In this document: positions 25,600-39,720 of the stretch, piece by piece
Layout: each line of letters opens with the position of its first letter
How positions within the stretch are numbered: the stretch's first letter is position 1
From: Octopus vulgaris
Lineage: Eukaryota
Assembly (NCBI GenBank): GCA_951406725.2
Contig: OX597824.1
Location: 52,266,001-52,330,000, forward strand
Direction of reading: 5' to 3'
DNA: 64,000 bases
The notes under the pieces: generated by a model
What the model was told of the DNA's origin: nothing
What the model saw: only the letters and a program-made list of their open reading frames with translations
Database searches by the model: none
Program-made: the position numbers and the translations under genes

Positions 25600-25602
<3 letters not shown>
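22700..25602 (+). mobile_element. long decayed R4/Dong-like LINE
   Basis: MAWIDYRKAIDSVPH, ISPLLFC, DIGMDFGLDKCA, CRICD...DHLISGCP and RLE end; (AAT)n tail; 5' boundary uncertain. Confidence 0.9.
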
Positions 25603-25682
<80 letters not shown>

Positions 25683-25683
<1 letters not shown>

Positions 25684-26137
25684 GGCTACAGCAAATATTC
25701 TGCTCAATACCACAGATTTGCTTGTCAGTTGTTTGACCTTAACCAGTTGAGCATGTCCCTTAGTGGCTGATGATATGTGCATCTCTGATCACGAGCAGAA
25801 GTAGTGGGGGAGCATCATAGCCATGTGTTGAGAGGCATTCTTTAGGGTTTGAATAATTCACCTCTGGAAACATGGGTGGTTCTTTCAACATCCTTAAACA
25901 ACCCCTATTCAGGGACCTTTTGAGCGGGATGGGCTACTCAACCTGAAGAAAATTTTAACTGGGCCCCACCTGCAAGGTCATGCGCTGTTTATCTTGATAT
26001 GAGATCACCATGCCGCGCACATATGGTTGTGATGCATGTGCCTGGTGTACTCTTATCAGACGGGTAGTCATGATGGGTATATTGGGTATATTTTACCCCA
26101 GTGTCACTTTGATGGCAAGAACTGCTCTCTCACTCAA
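25683..26137 (+). mobile_element. unclassified repeat flanked by (AAT)n on both sides
   Basis: Homologous to 2435-2860(-); ends CTCTCTCACTC(AAT)n. Confidence 0.7.
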
Positions 26138-26155
26138 TAATAATAATAATAATAA

Positions 26156-27102
26156 CAAGCTGATGGAGAGCAGAAGCACACTCATCAGTGGCTACAGAGC
26201 TCAGGGCTAAAGGTAGAAAGTGGAGGTTTTATCTTGGCTGCTCAAGATCAGAGATTATTGACCCGGAACTATCAAGCCAATGTGATGAAAAGTGATGTAG
26301 ACCCTAAGTGCCGATACTGCAACAATGTGATTGAAACAGTGGACCACCTAATCTCTGACTTAAGGGTTTTAGCATCTGTAGAGTACAAATCAAGACATGA
26401 CAGAGTTGGCCAATATCTACATTGGATAATGTGTCAGCATTATAAAATTAAAACTGCTGACAAGTGATAGAAGCATCATCCTGAGACTGTAACTGAGGGA
26501 GAAAATACAACTATGCTTTGGGACTTTTCAGTATGTACTCATTGGACCATCAAAGCAAACAAACCAGATATTGTTCTGATAGACCAAAACAATAAAGTCT
26601 ATTTATTGGTTGACACGAGCATACCCTGTGACCATAATATCTCGGGAAAAGAATTTGATAAGCTCAGAAAATATAAAGATTTGCTAATCGAAATCGAAAA
26701 AATGTGGCATCTCATGACAGTTACAATAACAATGATTGTAGAAGCACCTGGAATAGTCAAAAAAGGAACTGAAAATTATCTAAGAATTATCACTCGCTTA
26801 TCATTCATGCAGGAAGTGCCAAAGATTTTCTTAACTGGTACGTCACACGTACTGAGAAGAGCGTTGTCGCTGTGAACTTTCCCTTTTTCCCCTTTATTTT
26901 CTTTGCTTACATTTTAGATAATTTTATATTTTTAATGTATTTTTTAATTGTTTATTTTTCCTTTTCCTCTGTCTTTCTTCCCCTTTTTCTCTCTCACATG
27001 ACTTTGTAAATGTACAATATGGTGTATTTATTTTAATGGCCTACCAATGATTCATGTGTCAATAAGACACTCTGCAAGAAATGGAAACAGAATTGAAAGA
27101 AG
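26156..27102 (+). mobile_element. R4/Dong-like LINE 3' fragment, family F
   Basis: AAQDQRLLTRNY, CRYC...DHL, RHDRVG, NKPDIV, KYKDL (ORFs 26234-26467 and 26513-26875); (AAT)n tail. Confidence 0.85.
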
Positions 27103-27105
27103 ATG

Positions 27106-27187
<82 letters not shown>

Positions 27188-27213
27188 GAAGAAGAAGAAG
27201 AAGAAGAAGAAGA

Positions 27214-29562
27214 AAACTACAGACCTATAACGTGTCTCCCTATAACATACAAAGCCTTTACTGCAGTAATATCACAAAGATTAAACAAGCACCTGGACGA
27301 AAACAACCTGTTTCCAGAAGAGCAGAAAGGATGCTGCAAAGGCTCATATGGCTGTAAAGATCAACTAATGATCAATAAAGCCATAACTGAAGACATCCAC
27401 AGAAAGAAGAAAGGCCTCAGTATGGCCTGGATCGACTACAGAAAGGCGTTTGATAGCATCCCCCACACATGGATCCTCGAAACACTAGCCATTAACAAAG
27501 TAGCACCAACAATTATAAAATACATAGGACACTCTATGAATAAATGGCAGACAGTGCTACAGCTCCAAACAAAAGAGGGACTCATGCAAACCAAAGCCAT
27601 CCCCATTAGAAGAGGAATATTCCAGGGAGACACGCTCTCTCCACTCCTTTTCTGCTTGGCCTTGACACCTCTATCTGATATGCTAAATAGAACTGGATGC
27701 GGATATAAATGTTACGGCAATACGTTCAGCCACCTTTTATACATGAATGACCTAAAACTATACGCTACAAATGACAAACAGCTGGAAACACAACTAAAAA
27801 CAGTTCATGGATTTACCAAAGAAATAGATATGAAATTTGGCTAAGAAAAATGCGCCAAAGTAACCCTGAAAAGAGGAAAACTAGTTAAGAGTAGCAGCAT
27901 CGCACTAGATAAAACCAATTAAATAAGAGAATTAGACTAAAGCCAAACTTACAAATATTTAGGAATCCATGAACTAGATAAGACACAACACACAAAGAGA
28001 AAATAAAGAAAGAATACTATAGACGAGTTAGATAAATTCTAAAAACAGAGCTCAATGCTAAAAACAAGATAATATGTATTAACACTTTAGCCGTCCCAGT
28101 TATAAGTTACAGCTACAATATCCTTAACTGGACACTAAATGAGCTAACCAAAATAGATAGGAAAGCAAGAAAAATAATGACAGGATCTATGATGCATCCC
28201 CCAAAATCTGACATAGAAAGGCTATATATACAATGTATTGAAGGTGGTAGAGGCCTTATAAAGCTGGAAAACTATTATAAAATAACCACCATAGGACTGC
28301 AAAAATATCTACTTCAGAAGCAAGGAAAACGCGAGCAAAACAAAAAACTGATCTCAGTATTTAAGGAAGCTGACAAATACAAACAAGAAATCATACCACC
28401 TAACGTGTATGAAGAAGAAGAAGAAGAAGAAGAAGAAGAAGAAGAAGAAGAAGAAGAAGAAGAAGAAGAAGAAGAAGAAGAAGAAGAAGAAGAAGAAACA
28501 AAAGTTATAAAGCAAATAAAATCCAAAACTAAAATTAGAACAGCAACGGACCATGGTAAAACGATGTCAAGAAAAGCCCCTTCATGGCAAATACTGGACT
28601 AAACTAAATGCAAAGAAAAATCCCAGAAATGGATGAGAAGCTCAGGACTCAAATCAGAGACAGAGGGATTTTTAATTGCAGCACAAGACCAAAGCTCCCC
28701 ACCAGAAATTACCAAAAACATATAATGAAAAGAAATATAACAAGTAACTGCAGAATATGTGGAGATGGACAAGAAACAATAAATCATATTATCTCTGGCT
28801 GCCCAGTCCTGGCTAAGAAGGAATATATTCACAGACACGACAGAGTTGGGACCTACATACACTGGAAGCTATGCCAACATTATGGAATAACAACAGAAAA
28901 AAAGATGGTATAGGCACACACCAGAAACGGTCACAGAAAACGAGAAAGCAACCATACTCTGGGATATGCCAATACACACAGATAGAGAAATTAAGGCCTA
29001 CAGGCCAGATATAGTTGTCAGAGATCATGAAGAAGAAAAATGCTTTGTAATTGATGTATCAATACCAGCAGATGGCAACGTGTCTCTAAAAGAAACTTTC
29101 AAAATACAAAGACCTGGAAATAGAAGTAACTAGAATGTGGAATCTAAAAACAGAAACAATTCCCATCATAGTAGGTGCTACTATGATGGGAATTGTTTCT
29201 GTTTTTAGATTCCACATTCTAGTTACCTCCCATCATAGTAGCACCTACTATGATGGGAATTGTTTCTGTTTTTAGATTCCACATTCTAGTTACCTCTATT
29301 TCCAGGTCTTTGTATTTTGAAAGTTTCTCCATTTCTTTAGGCATGATAAAAAAATATTCAGACAAATACGTAACAAAAACACCAGGACTTACAAAGACAT
29401 ATAACATACAGAAAATTGCACTACTAGGCACTGCACACATCCTACGCAAAACACTTTCAATACAGTAACCATCAAAGCATCACAACAAATCACAGCACAT
29501 ACCCAAAGCACACAGAGCTGTTCTCTGTAGTGGAGTGAAAGCACGCTATAAAAATAAAACCA

Positions 29563-29565
<3 letters not shown>
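27214..29565 (+). mobile_element. R4/Dong-like LINE, family B, 5'-truncated
   Basis: MAWIDYRKAFDSIPH, GIFQGDTLSPLLF, HLLYMNDLKLY, knuckle and RLE domain; nearly identical to 41425-43542. Confidence 0.92.
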
Positions 29566-29644
<79 letters not shown>

Positions 29645-29671
29645 TTAATAATAATAATAATAATAATAATA

Positions 29672-31070
29672 AATTCTTTTATTGGCCACAAAGTCTGATA
29701 AAAATTAATTATGATATAAAGGGACAAAACACAGGACGAAAGTTACAAAGGGTTTTATCCGTCTGTAAAATCCGACTAAAAAACAGTTTAACAACGAAAA
29801 TATAATAATGAAAAACTCCCAATAGGGGGAGACGTTTCGAAAGGTTCCTGGTGGAAAAACCCATAAAAGCCACGGGAGTCTGGTCAAAAGCGGGGTAGAG
29901 AGTCCCTTTCTCCTTTTGTAATACCTTTTTTTTTACAGGTGTATCCTCAGAATGGTTCCTTTCATACTGGCCATTCTTGCGACATTTATTGGACAGCACT
30001 TCCCTCTCTACTCTCATCTTCCTTTTCAAGTGAAACTTGAAAAAGTTGATGAGGCCTGTGCCAAAGAGGAAAGTGTCTGACCTTAGCCCTTTCAAACGGG
30101 TCCACCATACCACCTCTTTCGCTACAGTCACTAGGCAAAGGAAATCTGCCTTGCCCTCCCGGTTAAAGGAGGTCGGCGGGATAATCTTCACTATGGATTC
30201 AGCTGATAGCCGGATCCGTCCTACACGCGATAGTAGCTGTTCGACATAAACCCATAGTTTAGCAATACTCGGACACTGGACGAGAGCGTGCAGAACGGTT
30301 TCGTCGTCCTGGCAGCACCTCGGGCAGTCCCGGCTGACGGCACTTCCGTGCCAGTAGAGTTTATCTCGAACAGGCAGAGCCCCTCGGTAACACTGCCAGG
30401 CGAGGGACCCCTGGAAATTATCAATTGGCCCCGGCCCGAAAGTCCTTCCGAACAGACTGCTCAGCTCATTATCGTCAACGCCTAGAGTTTCCCCGAGAAC
30501 GTCGTCGCACTTTTCTTCCACTAACCCTCTATAGAACTCTAGAGTAGAACTACGACCGATCGCATTGCCCGCTCGGTTTGCGTTTGATCCATGTTTGCAG
30601 CTCTGTCAAAGAGACGAGCTGCGGAAAGTCGCGTCTGACAAAAGACGACCACACCTGTGCACCGTCTAGGAAACGCTTGAGATGCCTTAGCCTGAGCGCA
30701 TGTCTGCGCATCAGTAACCACGGCATGCCAAGGCCTCCGTTCAGCGGTCATTGACAGCAGATGGATCGCCTGACCAGTCGAAGAACAAGCGTACCAGCTT
30801 GGCTAACCAGCAGTCGGGACAAGGGACGACGGTCAAGCAGTAATAGATGACGGATGCGATGTACGTATCCACCACTTCCGCTCGACCTTTCAGGGGCAGC
30901 TTCCTCTCTGTCCATTTCTGGGTAAGATTGGCCACCCTGCTCGTCACTTCTTCCCAGTTTTTATCCACCTTGAGGTCCGGACCGAACCAGACCCCGAGCA
31001 GTTTAACGGGTCCGTCTGTCCAGCGCCCTACGACGCTGTTGGACGGCATGGATTTGCCTCTCCAGGTGCA
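29672..31070 (-). mobile_element. Tx1/L1-clade LINE 3' fragment
   Basis: PVKLLGVWF...LPLKGRAEVV and zf-RVT-like LAWQCYRGALPVRDKL...CPRC...ETVLHALVQC (ORFs 30741-31049 and 29709-30521). Confidence 0.85.
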
Positions 31071-31094
31071 TAATAATGATAATAATAATAATAA

Positions 31095-31290
31095 TCCTTT
31101 CTACTGGAGGCACAATGCCTCAAACTTGTGGAGTGGGGAATAGTCGATTACATCGATCTGTGTTTTTCTGGTACTTATTTTATCGACCCCGAAAGGATGA
31201 AAGGCAAAATCCACCTCGGCAGAATTTGAACTCAAAACGTAGCGACGGGCGACATACAGCAGGCTAACGATTCTGCTAGCTCGCCGCCTC
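31095..31290 (-). mobile_element. SINE family B
   Basis: Reverse complement gives GGCGGCGAGCTAGCAGAATCGTTAGC...GAGTTCAAATTCTGCCGAGG...TTTTGCCTTTCATCCTTTCGGGGTCGATAAAATAAGTACCAG. Confidence 0.8.
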
Positions 31291-31364
31291 AATAATAATA
31301 ATAATAATAATCCTTTCTACTATAGGCCTGACATTTGGGGAGGGAGGCAGTCGATTACATCATC

Positions 31365-32694
31365 TGGGGCGAGTTATGCTTAACCCCAGGCATGAGGTGC
31401 GGCGCATCAGATTACGAAATCACGTGATATGCTTCTTCACTTGTGAGCTTGTTTCACTACGGTAAGTAGCCTTCTTGCCCACTCTCTTTCGCTAACGTAT
31501 GATAAGTGCCTTTTGTGGCTAATTGAGTCGTTTTTTTGTCTCTTGCTTCTTGCAATGCTGTCCTATTCTGTGCCGTTGTTTAGTAATTCGCCTGTAAGTT
31601 TTAATTGCTAATGGGTCACCTACATTATATATATATTGATACGAGCAGGTCAGCAGGGACACTTCTATGACCTACTTTGCTTGGCTTGGAGACTGAAAGT
31701 CTACAATACGAAGTTATAGTCCTTTGATTTAGAAAGAGTGATGGCTTTTAGAAGGACCCCTACCCTTTTGCCGGTCAAGGAAGGGTCAAAGAAACTACCT
31801 TATAAAAAGGAGCTGTGAGTCTGTAGATCAGTTCCAGCCGTGAGATTGGGGTAGTAACAGGCAGTCGGAACAGAGTGGGTTGGCAACAGGTAGTTCTGCC
31901 AGAGACAGCAAAAGGATTACGAGGGAAGCGCAGAGGAAGACAGACACACAGTCATGAGAGATGACAGTAGAGTGAGAGGATGAGGGGTTGAGGAAGACGT
32001 GCAATAGGATTAAGCAGCTAATAGAGATGGACTACGGTGTGAGGCATTTGCTGTTGTACGGTATGTGTTGATTATTGAGTTGTGTTACTTATGTAAAAGA
32101 AGCGAACATTGTGAATTGTGTTGATATGTGAATTATGTAAAGAGATTACAACGAACTGTTACAGAATTGAGTAAAGGACTTGTTGATGTGTCATAAAGAA
32201 CAATGTGAATTGTATTGATACGTGTTACAAAAAAAGAAGGAAAAAGACAAGAAAAGAACTCTGAACTGTATCGTTAATGTGTACGTTAATTGTAACGTGA
32301 ATTAGTTGTGACATGAACATTGTATAATGTATTGATTTGTTGTTTTCTTTAAATGCTGTTTGATTCGACGTGTATATTGTATCTGCATGTTTAAATGCTT
32401 CGATCTGTTGTATACCTGTTTCTTGCATGTGTTTTCTTTAAATGTATTTGATGATGTAATAATTGTTATAAACTAGTTGTTAAATGTAAGCCGATTGCCT
32501 CTGTGTGTCTCTCTCTGTGTCTCTTCCTGCTGCTGTTTGTTGTTGTTGTTATCTCTCTCCTCTCTGAGTTCCGTGGTGAATTCGCCGATCGATCGAGCCT
32601 GGTCAATCGTCGTCGCTCGACTTGCTGGGATCCCGGGTTCGAGTTTGAGCGACTGCAGGTGGGATTCCGTAACAACTTTCGGAGGTCCGTAACA
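31365..32694 (+). mobile_element. possible solo-LTR-like or unclassified repeat
   Basis: Non-coding block with TATAAAAAG at 31801, internal degenerate repeats and a CCGTAACA end; no clear TG start or TSD. Confidence 0.25.
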
Positions 32695-32707
32695 ATATAT
32701 ATATATG

Positions 32708-32769
<62 letters not shown>

Positions 32770-32805
32770 TACATATATTTATATATACACATCTATATAT
32801 ATACC

Positions 32806-32840
<35 letters not shown>

Positions 32841-32968
32841 TAGGAAGAAATGGAGCTGAACGAAGATTTAACAAAATTCCTTTTTATTCGTGAATTTTCT
32901 GTTGTGATTTTTGCTACCCAGGTATCGGTTATCATTTGAATAATCCGTAATAAGATAATTCATTTATC

Positions 32969-33050
<82 letters not shown>

Positions 33051-33062
33051 CATACATACAAG

Positions 33063-33530
33063 CGCAGACATGGCCGTCTGGTAAGAAGTTTGCTTCTCAA
33101 CCACATGGTCCCTGATTCAGTCCCACTGTGTGGCACCTAGGGCAAGTGTTTCTACTATAGCCTTGGGGTAACCAAAGCCTTGTGAGTGGATTTGGTAGAC
33201 GGAAACTGAAAGAAGCCCGTCTTACACGCACGCACACACAAACACACAAATATATTATATTTATTAATACATATGTGTATGTATGCATGTTTATGTCTAT
33301 GTGTGTGTCTGTGTATCTGTATTTGTCCCCCACTGCCTGCCCTACACCCTGTCCCCACCAATGCTGGTCTGTTTACCTCCACGTAACCTAGCGGCTTGGC
33401 AAATCATAGCGACAGAATAAGTACTTCACTTAAAAAAGCAAGTACTGGGCTTGATTTGTTCGGCTAAAAACTTTCAGGGTATTGCCCCAGCTTGGCCGCA
33501 GTTAAATGACAGAAACAAGCAAAAGATAAA
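33063..33530 (+). mobile_element. SINE family A, full length; a second partial copy follows at 33558-33710
   Basis: Same blocks as 342-731. Confidence 0.8.
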
Positions 33531-33733
33531 ATACATACATACATACATACATACACGCATGGCGAGACAGTGTGGTAAGAAGTTTGCTTCCCAGCCACAT
33601 GGCTTCTGGTTCAATCCCACTGCGTAGTAACTTGAGCAAGTGTCTGCTATAATCTCGGAGCAACAAAAGCCATGTAAGTGGTAGATAGAAACTGAAAGAA
33701 GCCTGTCATATCTAGCTATCTTTCTTTCTTTCT

Positions 33734-33777
<44 letters not shown>

Positions 33778-33819
33778 ACACACATATAACACATATACAC
33801 CCACATAATATGATATCTG

Positions 33820-33860
<41 letters not shown>

Positions 33861-34429
33861 CTCTCTCTCTCTCTATCTATCTATCTATATATGTATATAT
33901 ATATATATACTTGCATATATGTGCTTGTGTGTGTGTGCGTGTGTGTGTGTATACGTATGTTATTCTGTACGTACGTACACACTCGCATACGTAGCTACTC
34001 CTAGCTACTGAGACACACCCTGCACGCGCGTACTTGCACACACATGCTCGCTTGTACACACACACAAGTACACGCAAGTACATGCGCAGACACGTTGCTA
34101 CACATAAGTGGATCTTGAATGAGAATTCGTCGGCAAAATGAATTAAATGGCTATTATCAAACACCTGCCTGAATAATGCGCTAACAAGGTGTAGTCATCT
34201 TGGCTCCCTCTTCAAGAGGTGTGGTTAAAATAGTTGATTCCCGCCAAGATTATAAGCAGGAACGAAAGGGTAACATAGTACACTAAAGTTAACGGAGAGG
34301 ACAGAACACAGCGGGAATTAGAAGCTAGACCAGGATGTAGTTTGTTCTACAAGACAGCTTGGCTATTTAAATGTCCATCGTTGATTGTAAGCCTTACTAT
34401 CATCAGTATTATTGTTATTATAAAGGAAC

Positions 34430-34925
34430 GCGGTGAGCTGTCAGAATAGTTATCACGCCGGGAAAAAATGCTTAGCGGCATTTCGTCCGTCTTCACGTTC
34501 TGAGTTCAAATTCTGCCTAGGTCGACTTTGAATCTCATCCATTTTCGGGGTAGTTTGGGGTCGATAAAATTAGTAGCAATCTAGCACTGGGGTCGATGTA
34601 ATCGACTTGCCTACTTCCCCGAAATTCCTGGCCTTGTGCCAAAATTTGAAACAAATATTATTATTTTTCGGATATGAAATAAGCCGTTGTTATTGTTGTT
34701 TTCTAGAGCAGTAGTGTTTGTTGTAATTTATGTTTTGGAAGATTCATTGGAGTGTAGTATTTCTTCTGGTGTTATATATTCTGAGATCAAATTCCATCGA
34801 GACCAACTTTGCCAATTAACCCACCAGGGTCGATAGAATAAAGTATCATTCAAATACTGGGTTTGATTTAATCGACTCACTCCCTCCCACTAAAACTGCT
34901 GGTCTTGTGCCAAAATTTGAAACAA
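34430..34925 (+). mobile_element. two SINE family B copies (34430-34655, 34775-34925)
   Basis: Family B motifs, both ending CTTGTGCCAAAATTTGAAAC. Confidence 0.75.
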
Positions 34926-35105
34926 GTATAAAGCTATGACTGTGCTGTGATAGTTTTGGCGGAATTCTGTTGTTGGTTTGGGAGCTGGTTGTTTTGCGTC
35001 ACTGATGTCGTATCGGCAAAGCTTCTACTATACGAAGCCTAGTATCCTTTTGTCATGCATGCATAACTATCTGCCTATCTATCTATCAATCAATCTATCT
35101 ATCTG

Positions 35106-35192
<87 letters not shown>

Positions 35193-35194
35193 GC

Positions 35195-35769
<575 letters not shown>

Positions 35770-35771
35770 GC

Positions 35772-35837
<66 letters not shown>

Positions 35838-35864
35838 GCATATAGCTATTTATGTATTTGTTTC

Positions 35865-36220
35865 AGGCATTAGACTGCAGCTGTGCTGGGGCTACGCCTT
35901 GAATTCTTTAAATCTGGTACTTATTGATATCAGTCACTTTCAGCAGAACCACTAATTTACGGGCACATAAACTCACCGACACCAGTTATCAAATGGTGGT
36001 AGTGGATGAAAAAATACATACACGCAATTATATATATATACACGAGAGGCTGCTTTCAGTTTCCGTGTACCAAATCCCCTCACAAGGGTTCGATCGGCTC
36101 AAGGCTATGGTAGAAGACATTTGACCAAGGTACCGCAGTGAGACTGAATCCAGATCCTTGTGGTTTAGAAGCAAACCTCTTACCACACAACAACGCCTGA
36201 CATATTAGTCTGAGTAAAAA
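35865..36220 (-). mobile_element. SINE family A variant
   Basis: Reverse complement of family A blocks (CTTTCAGTTTCCG...CCAAATCC...GGCTATGGTAGAAGACA...CTTACCACAC). Confidence 0.65.
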
Positions 36221-36223
36221 GTA

Positions 36224-37310
36224 AGCCACGTTTTGAAACATAAAATTCATCACAATATAATTTCAACAATGCGGAAATTTTATTCATCAAAGAACCATTA
36301 CAATCAACGCATTTTTACCAACGATTTACAAGTTTGCTTATTCCAGTAACATAAAAATCTGGAGTTCAGGAACTGATGAACTCTTTGAACGCACTTTCAG
36401 CATCGGTTTTTTAACTCCTCTCGCGGGAAACCATCTAGGTACCTGGAAAGTGGTAGTCGGTAGGAGAAAGGTCCAGTGAATAAGCTGGGTGGGGAAGAAT
36501 TTCGAAGCCAAGTTTCTTCTACTTCTGGAGCATCATTAGTGAAACGTGTGGTCGAGCATTGTCATGAAGAATGATTGGCCCTCTTATGTTGACCAACTTG
36601 GGATGGAGGAGTAGCAGTTTTTCGTTCATTTTGGCAATTTCATGGCAATATTTTTCTGCAGTAATGGTTTTTCTGGATTTTAAGAAGTTATAGTGGATGA
36701 GTCCAGCAGTACACCACCAAACAGTCGCTTAGCCTTCTTTTTGAAGAGCTCGGGTTTATGGAAGGTTTTTGGTGCTTCATTTTGGTCCAACTACTGCGAA
36801 GAACGATTTTTATTACTGTACAGAATCCACTTTTCATCGCAAGTTACAATTCAGTCGAGAAATAGATCGGCTTGTTTACAGAGAAGGAGCGACGAGCAAA
36901 TTTCATATCTGCACAATCTCTGACTTTCATTCAAATCGTGTGGTACCCATTTGTCGAGCTTTTATGATTTCCCGATCGCATGCAAACAGTTGCGGGCAGT
37001 TTTCTGGCTAACTTCAAGTTCTTTTGCCAGTTCTCGAGTGGTTTTACGTGGATCTTCCTCAATGACGGTCTTTAATTGACTGTCATCGATGACAGATGGG
37101 TGTCCACTACGCTCACGATCGTCAAGACTCAGGTCTGCACTGCGAAATTGTTTAAACTATTTTCGAGCTGACCACTCACTGATAATTTTCTCACCAAACG
37201 TTTCGTTGATATCGCGAGCTGTTTCAGCTGTTTTATGTCCTTTTTGAACTTGAATAGCAAAATTCGAATAACGTGCTTTGACAATTCCATTTCAGATTAT
37301 TGTAATAACG
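36224..37310 (-). mobile_element. decayed mariner transposon
   Basis: Minus-strand remnants ILLHDNARPH, DLSPTDYH, ISKLVNRW*KCVDCNG; no intact ORF. Confidence 0.75.
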
Positions 37311-37455
37311 GCGAAAAGAATATCAATGTTAATTTACTGATGCATTTCGGCAAGCCTGTGTCTGTATTGAAAAAACGTTTTAAAATATTTAAATCTATGC
37401 AAAAATCCGGTACAAATTCTTTGTGGTTAAAAACGTTGCTTTCTTTTAACTCTAT

Positions 37456-38394
37456 TTGATCGTGTCGACCTTGAGCGACTGCAGCACAACCAAGGCATTC
37501 TATAGGAGATTAGTTGAGGGGAGGTACGACGACGATCTCGGGTCGAACCTGGGCGTCGACGAGGAATACCTGACCCGCCTGTTCAAAACGACTTTCAGGC
37601 CGGGACCTATGGACAACTTCCAGAGATCCCTGGCCTGGCAGTGCTCTCGGGAAGCGCTACCCGTTCGGGATAAGCTCTACAGGTATGGCTCGAGAAACAT
37701 GGGGCCGACCTGCCCGAGATGCGGTCAAAGCGACGAAACCGTTCTGCACGCACTCGTACAGTGTCCAACTATTTCCGATCTGTGGGCTTATGTCGAACGA
37801 CTACTATCGCGTGTGGGACGAGTCAGTTTATCAACCGAGTCTAACGTAGATATTGTCGCGCCTCCTTCCTTGAAGGCTATGGCGAAAGAATGTGTATGGT
37901 GGACGCGTCTGAAAGGTCTAGAGACAAACACTTCCCTCTCTGGTGAATCTCTCGTTAACTTCTTCAAGAATCACTCGAAGAGGAAGGCAAGAGTAGAAAG
38001 GGAAGTTTTGTCTAGTGAATGTTTCAAAAAAAGACGGGTGAATGTAGTAAGAATGGCGCGTGTGAATGACGGAGCCACCGTGAGCATAGTCCTATGAACC
38101 AGGAAAAGAAAGGAAAAAAGAGTCACTTACTGTCATGTATTTTTTGCATGACGTTATTGCCCGAGGTTACCGTGGTCTTTTCAGTAGGTTTTTCTTTCCA
38201 CGGATAAACCTAATCTGTTTCCCAGTTTACACTATAACATTTCTGTGATACACGATCCCTATTGATCGTTTTTTTTCCACGATCCCTTTTGATCGAAATT
38301 CTACCCCCTTTTTTTCTTTACTTCCCCAAAAGAAAAGCTCTACTTTGTATTTTGTCCCCTCTGTGTTCAGCCCTGTGTGGCCAATAAAAAATCA

Positions 38395-38395
<1 letters not shown>
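37456..38395 (+). mobile_element. Tx1/L1-clade LINE 3' fragment with (TATC)n tail
   Basis: ORF 37456-38097: FQRSLAWQCSREALPVRDKL...CPRCGQSDETVLHALVQC. Confidence 0.85.
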
Positions 38396-38450
<55 letters not shown>

Positions 38451-38668
38451 AATGAGAGAGACGGAAGATAGATACAAGATACGAGATTCTTTATTAACCA
38501 CTACGATTGTGGATGGGTCAAAAGAACTGTTGTGATCAATATTCTCGTATCTTCCATATTCCTTCTCTCTCTATCTCACACACACACACAATTTTATCTT
38601 GAATAGAAAGAAGAAAATATTTACATTTTATCTATCTATCTATCTATCTATCTATAAATACACGCACA

Positions 38669-38726
<58 letters not shown>

Positions 38727-38770
38727 TGTGTTTGTGTGTGTGTATTGATAGATAGATAGATAGATAGATT

Positions 38771-38843
<73 letters not shown>

Positions 38844-39259
38844 AATGTAAATATTTCCTTCTTTCTATTCAAGATAAAATTCTCAAAGCACTTCTCTCAC
38901 TTTGCTTTTGATATAAACCTATAGACCTTTTTAATATTATATACTACATGTGGAACAGAGAAAATGCCAACAAGAACGGTCATCTCGATTTTAATTACAA
39001 ATGAAGAAATCTTTAGAAAACAAAAGAAATTAAATGCATTCATCATAAGAATAATATGAAGCTCAACAGAACACATAGTCCTGCTCGAGAATACAATGAG
39101 GAAAAGGAAGCGAGAAACAACAAAAATCTGCGAAAATTATGCGAAAACCTGGAAATATTTCTTTCAAACAAATATAAGCGATGACCACAAAGTATGAATC
39201 AATACACTAAAAACAACATAGCCAATGAAAATCTACAAGGTACTTCACTGGAAAAAATT

Positions 39260-39720
39260 CCCCATTTATTTTCTAAATTCTGATTCCTTCAGCTCTGTCG
39301 CTAAACGATTCATAATACAGTTTTCCCAGACTCTTCTTAGATTCCGTTATCGTCATGACTTCTCTTGAAAATGCATACTTCACTCGTTTTTGTCTCGCAT
39401 TGACAAGTGTCACGTAACGTGTTTTCTTTGATTTAAAGGACATTTTTGTCCAGCTTATCAGTCTGCTTTCTGGATTTTCATTTCCCAGTCGGATCATTGT
39501 GCTTTGTAGGATGACGTCCATTCCAAGAATGTATCATATGACTGGAATTGTACACCCTGCTGCAATTCCCACCTCAAACTTCTGTCAATTCTACGTATTG
39601 TTTCTTTTTTCTAGTAAATCGCATGTAGACCTTTCCGTAGTAGTTCATCATTAATTTTCGGACTTCAGGGCATACTGAGGTAGTTTGAATGGAAATAACA
39701 CAAAAGCATTTTCCAGATTC
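39260..39720 (-). mobile_element. HERO/NeSL-like RT fragment, decayed
   Basis: VGIAAGCTIPV...MDVIL, LISWTKMSFKSKKTR and KSLGKLY resemble the WARMxFKPxKSR and KSLGRWY motifs. Confidence 0.55.
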
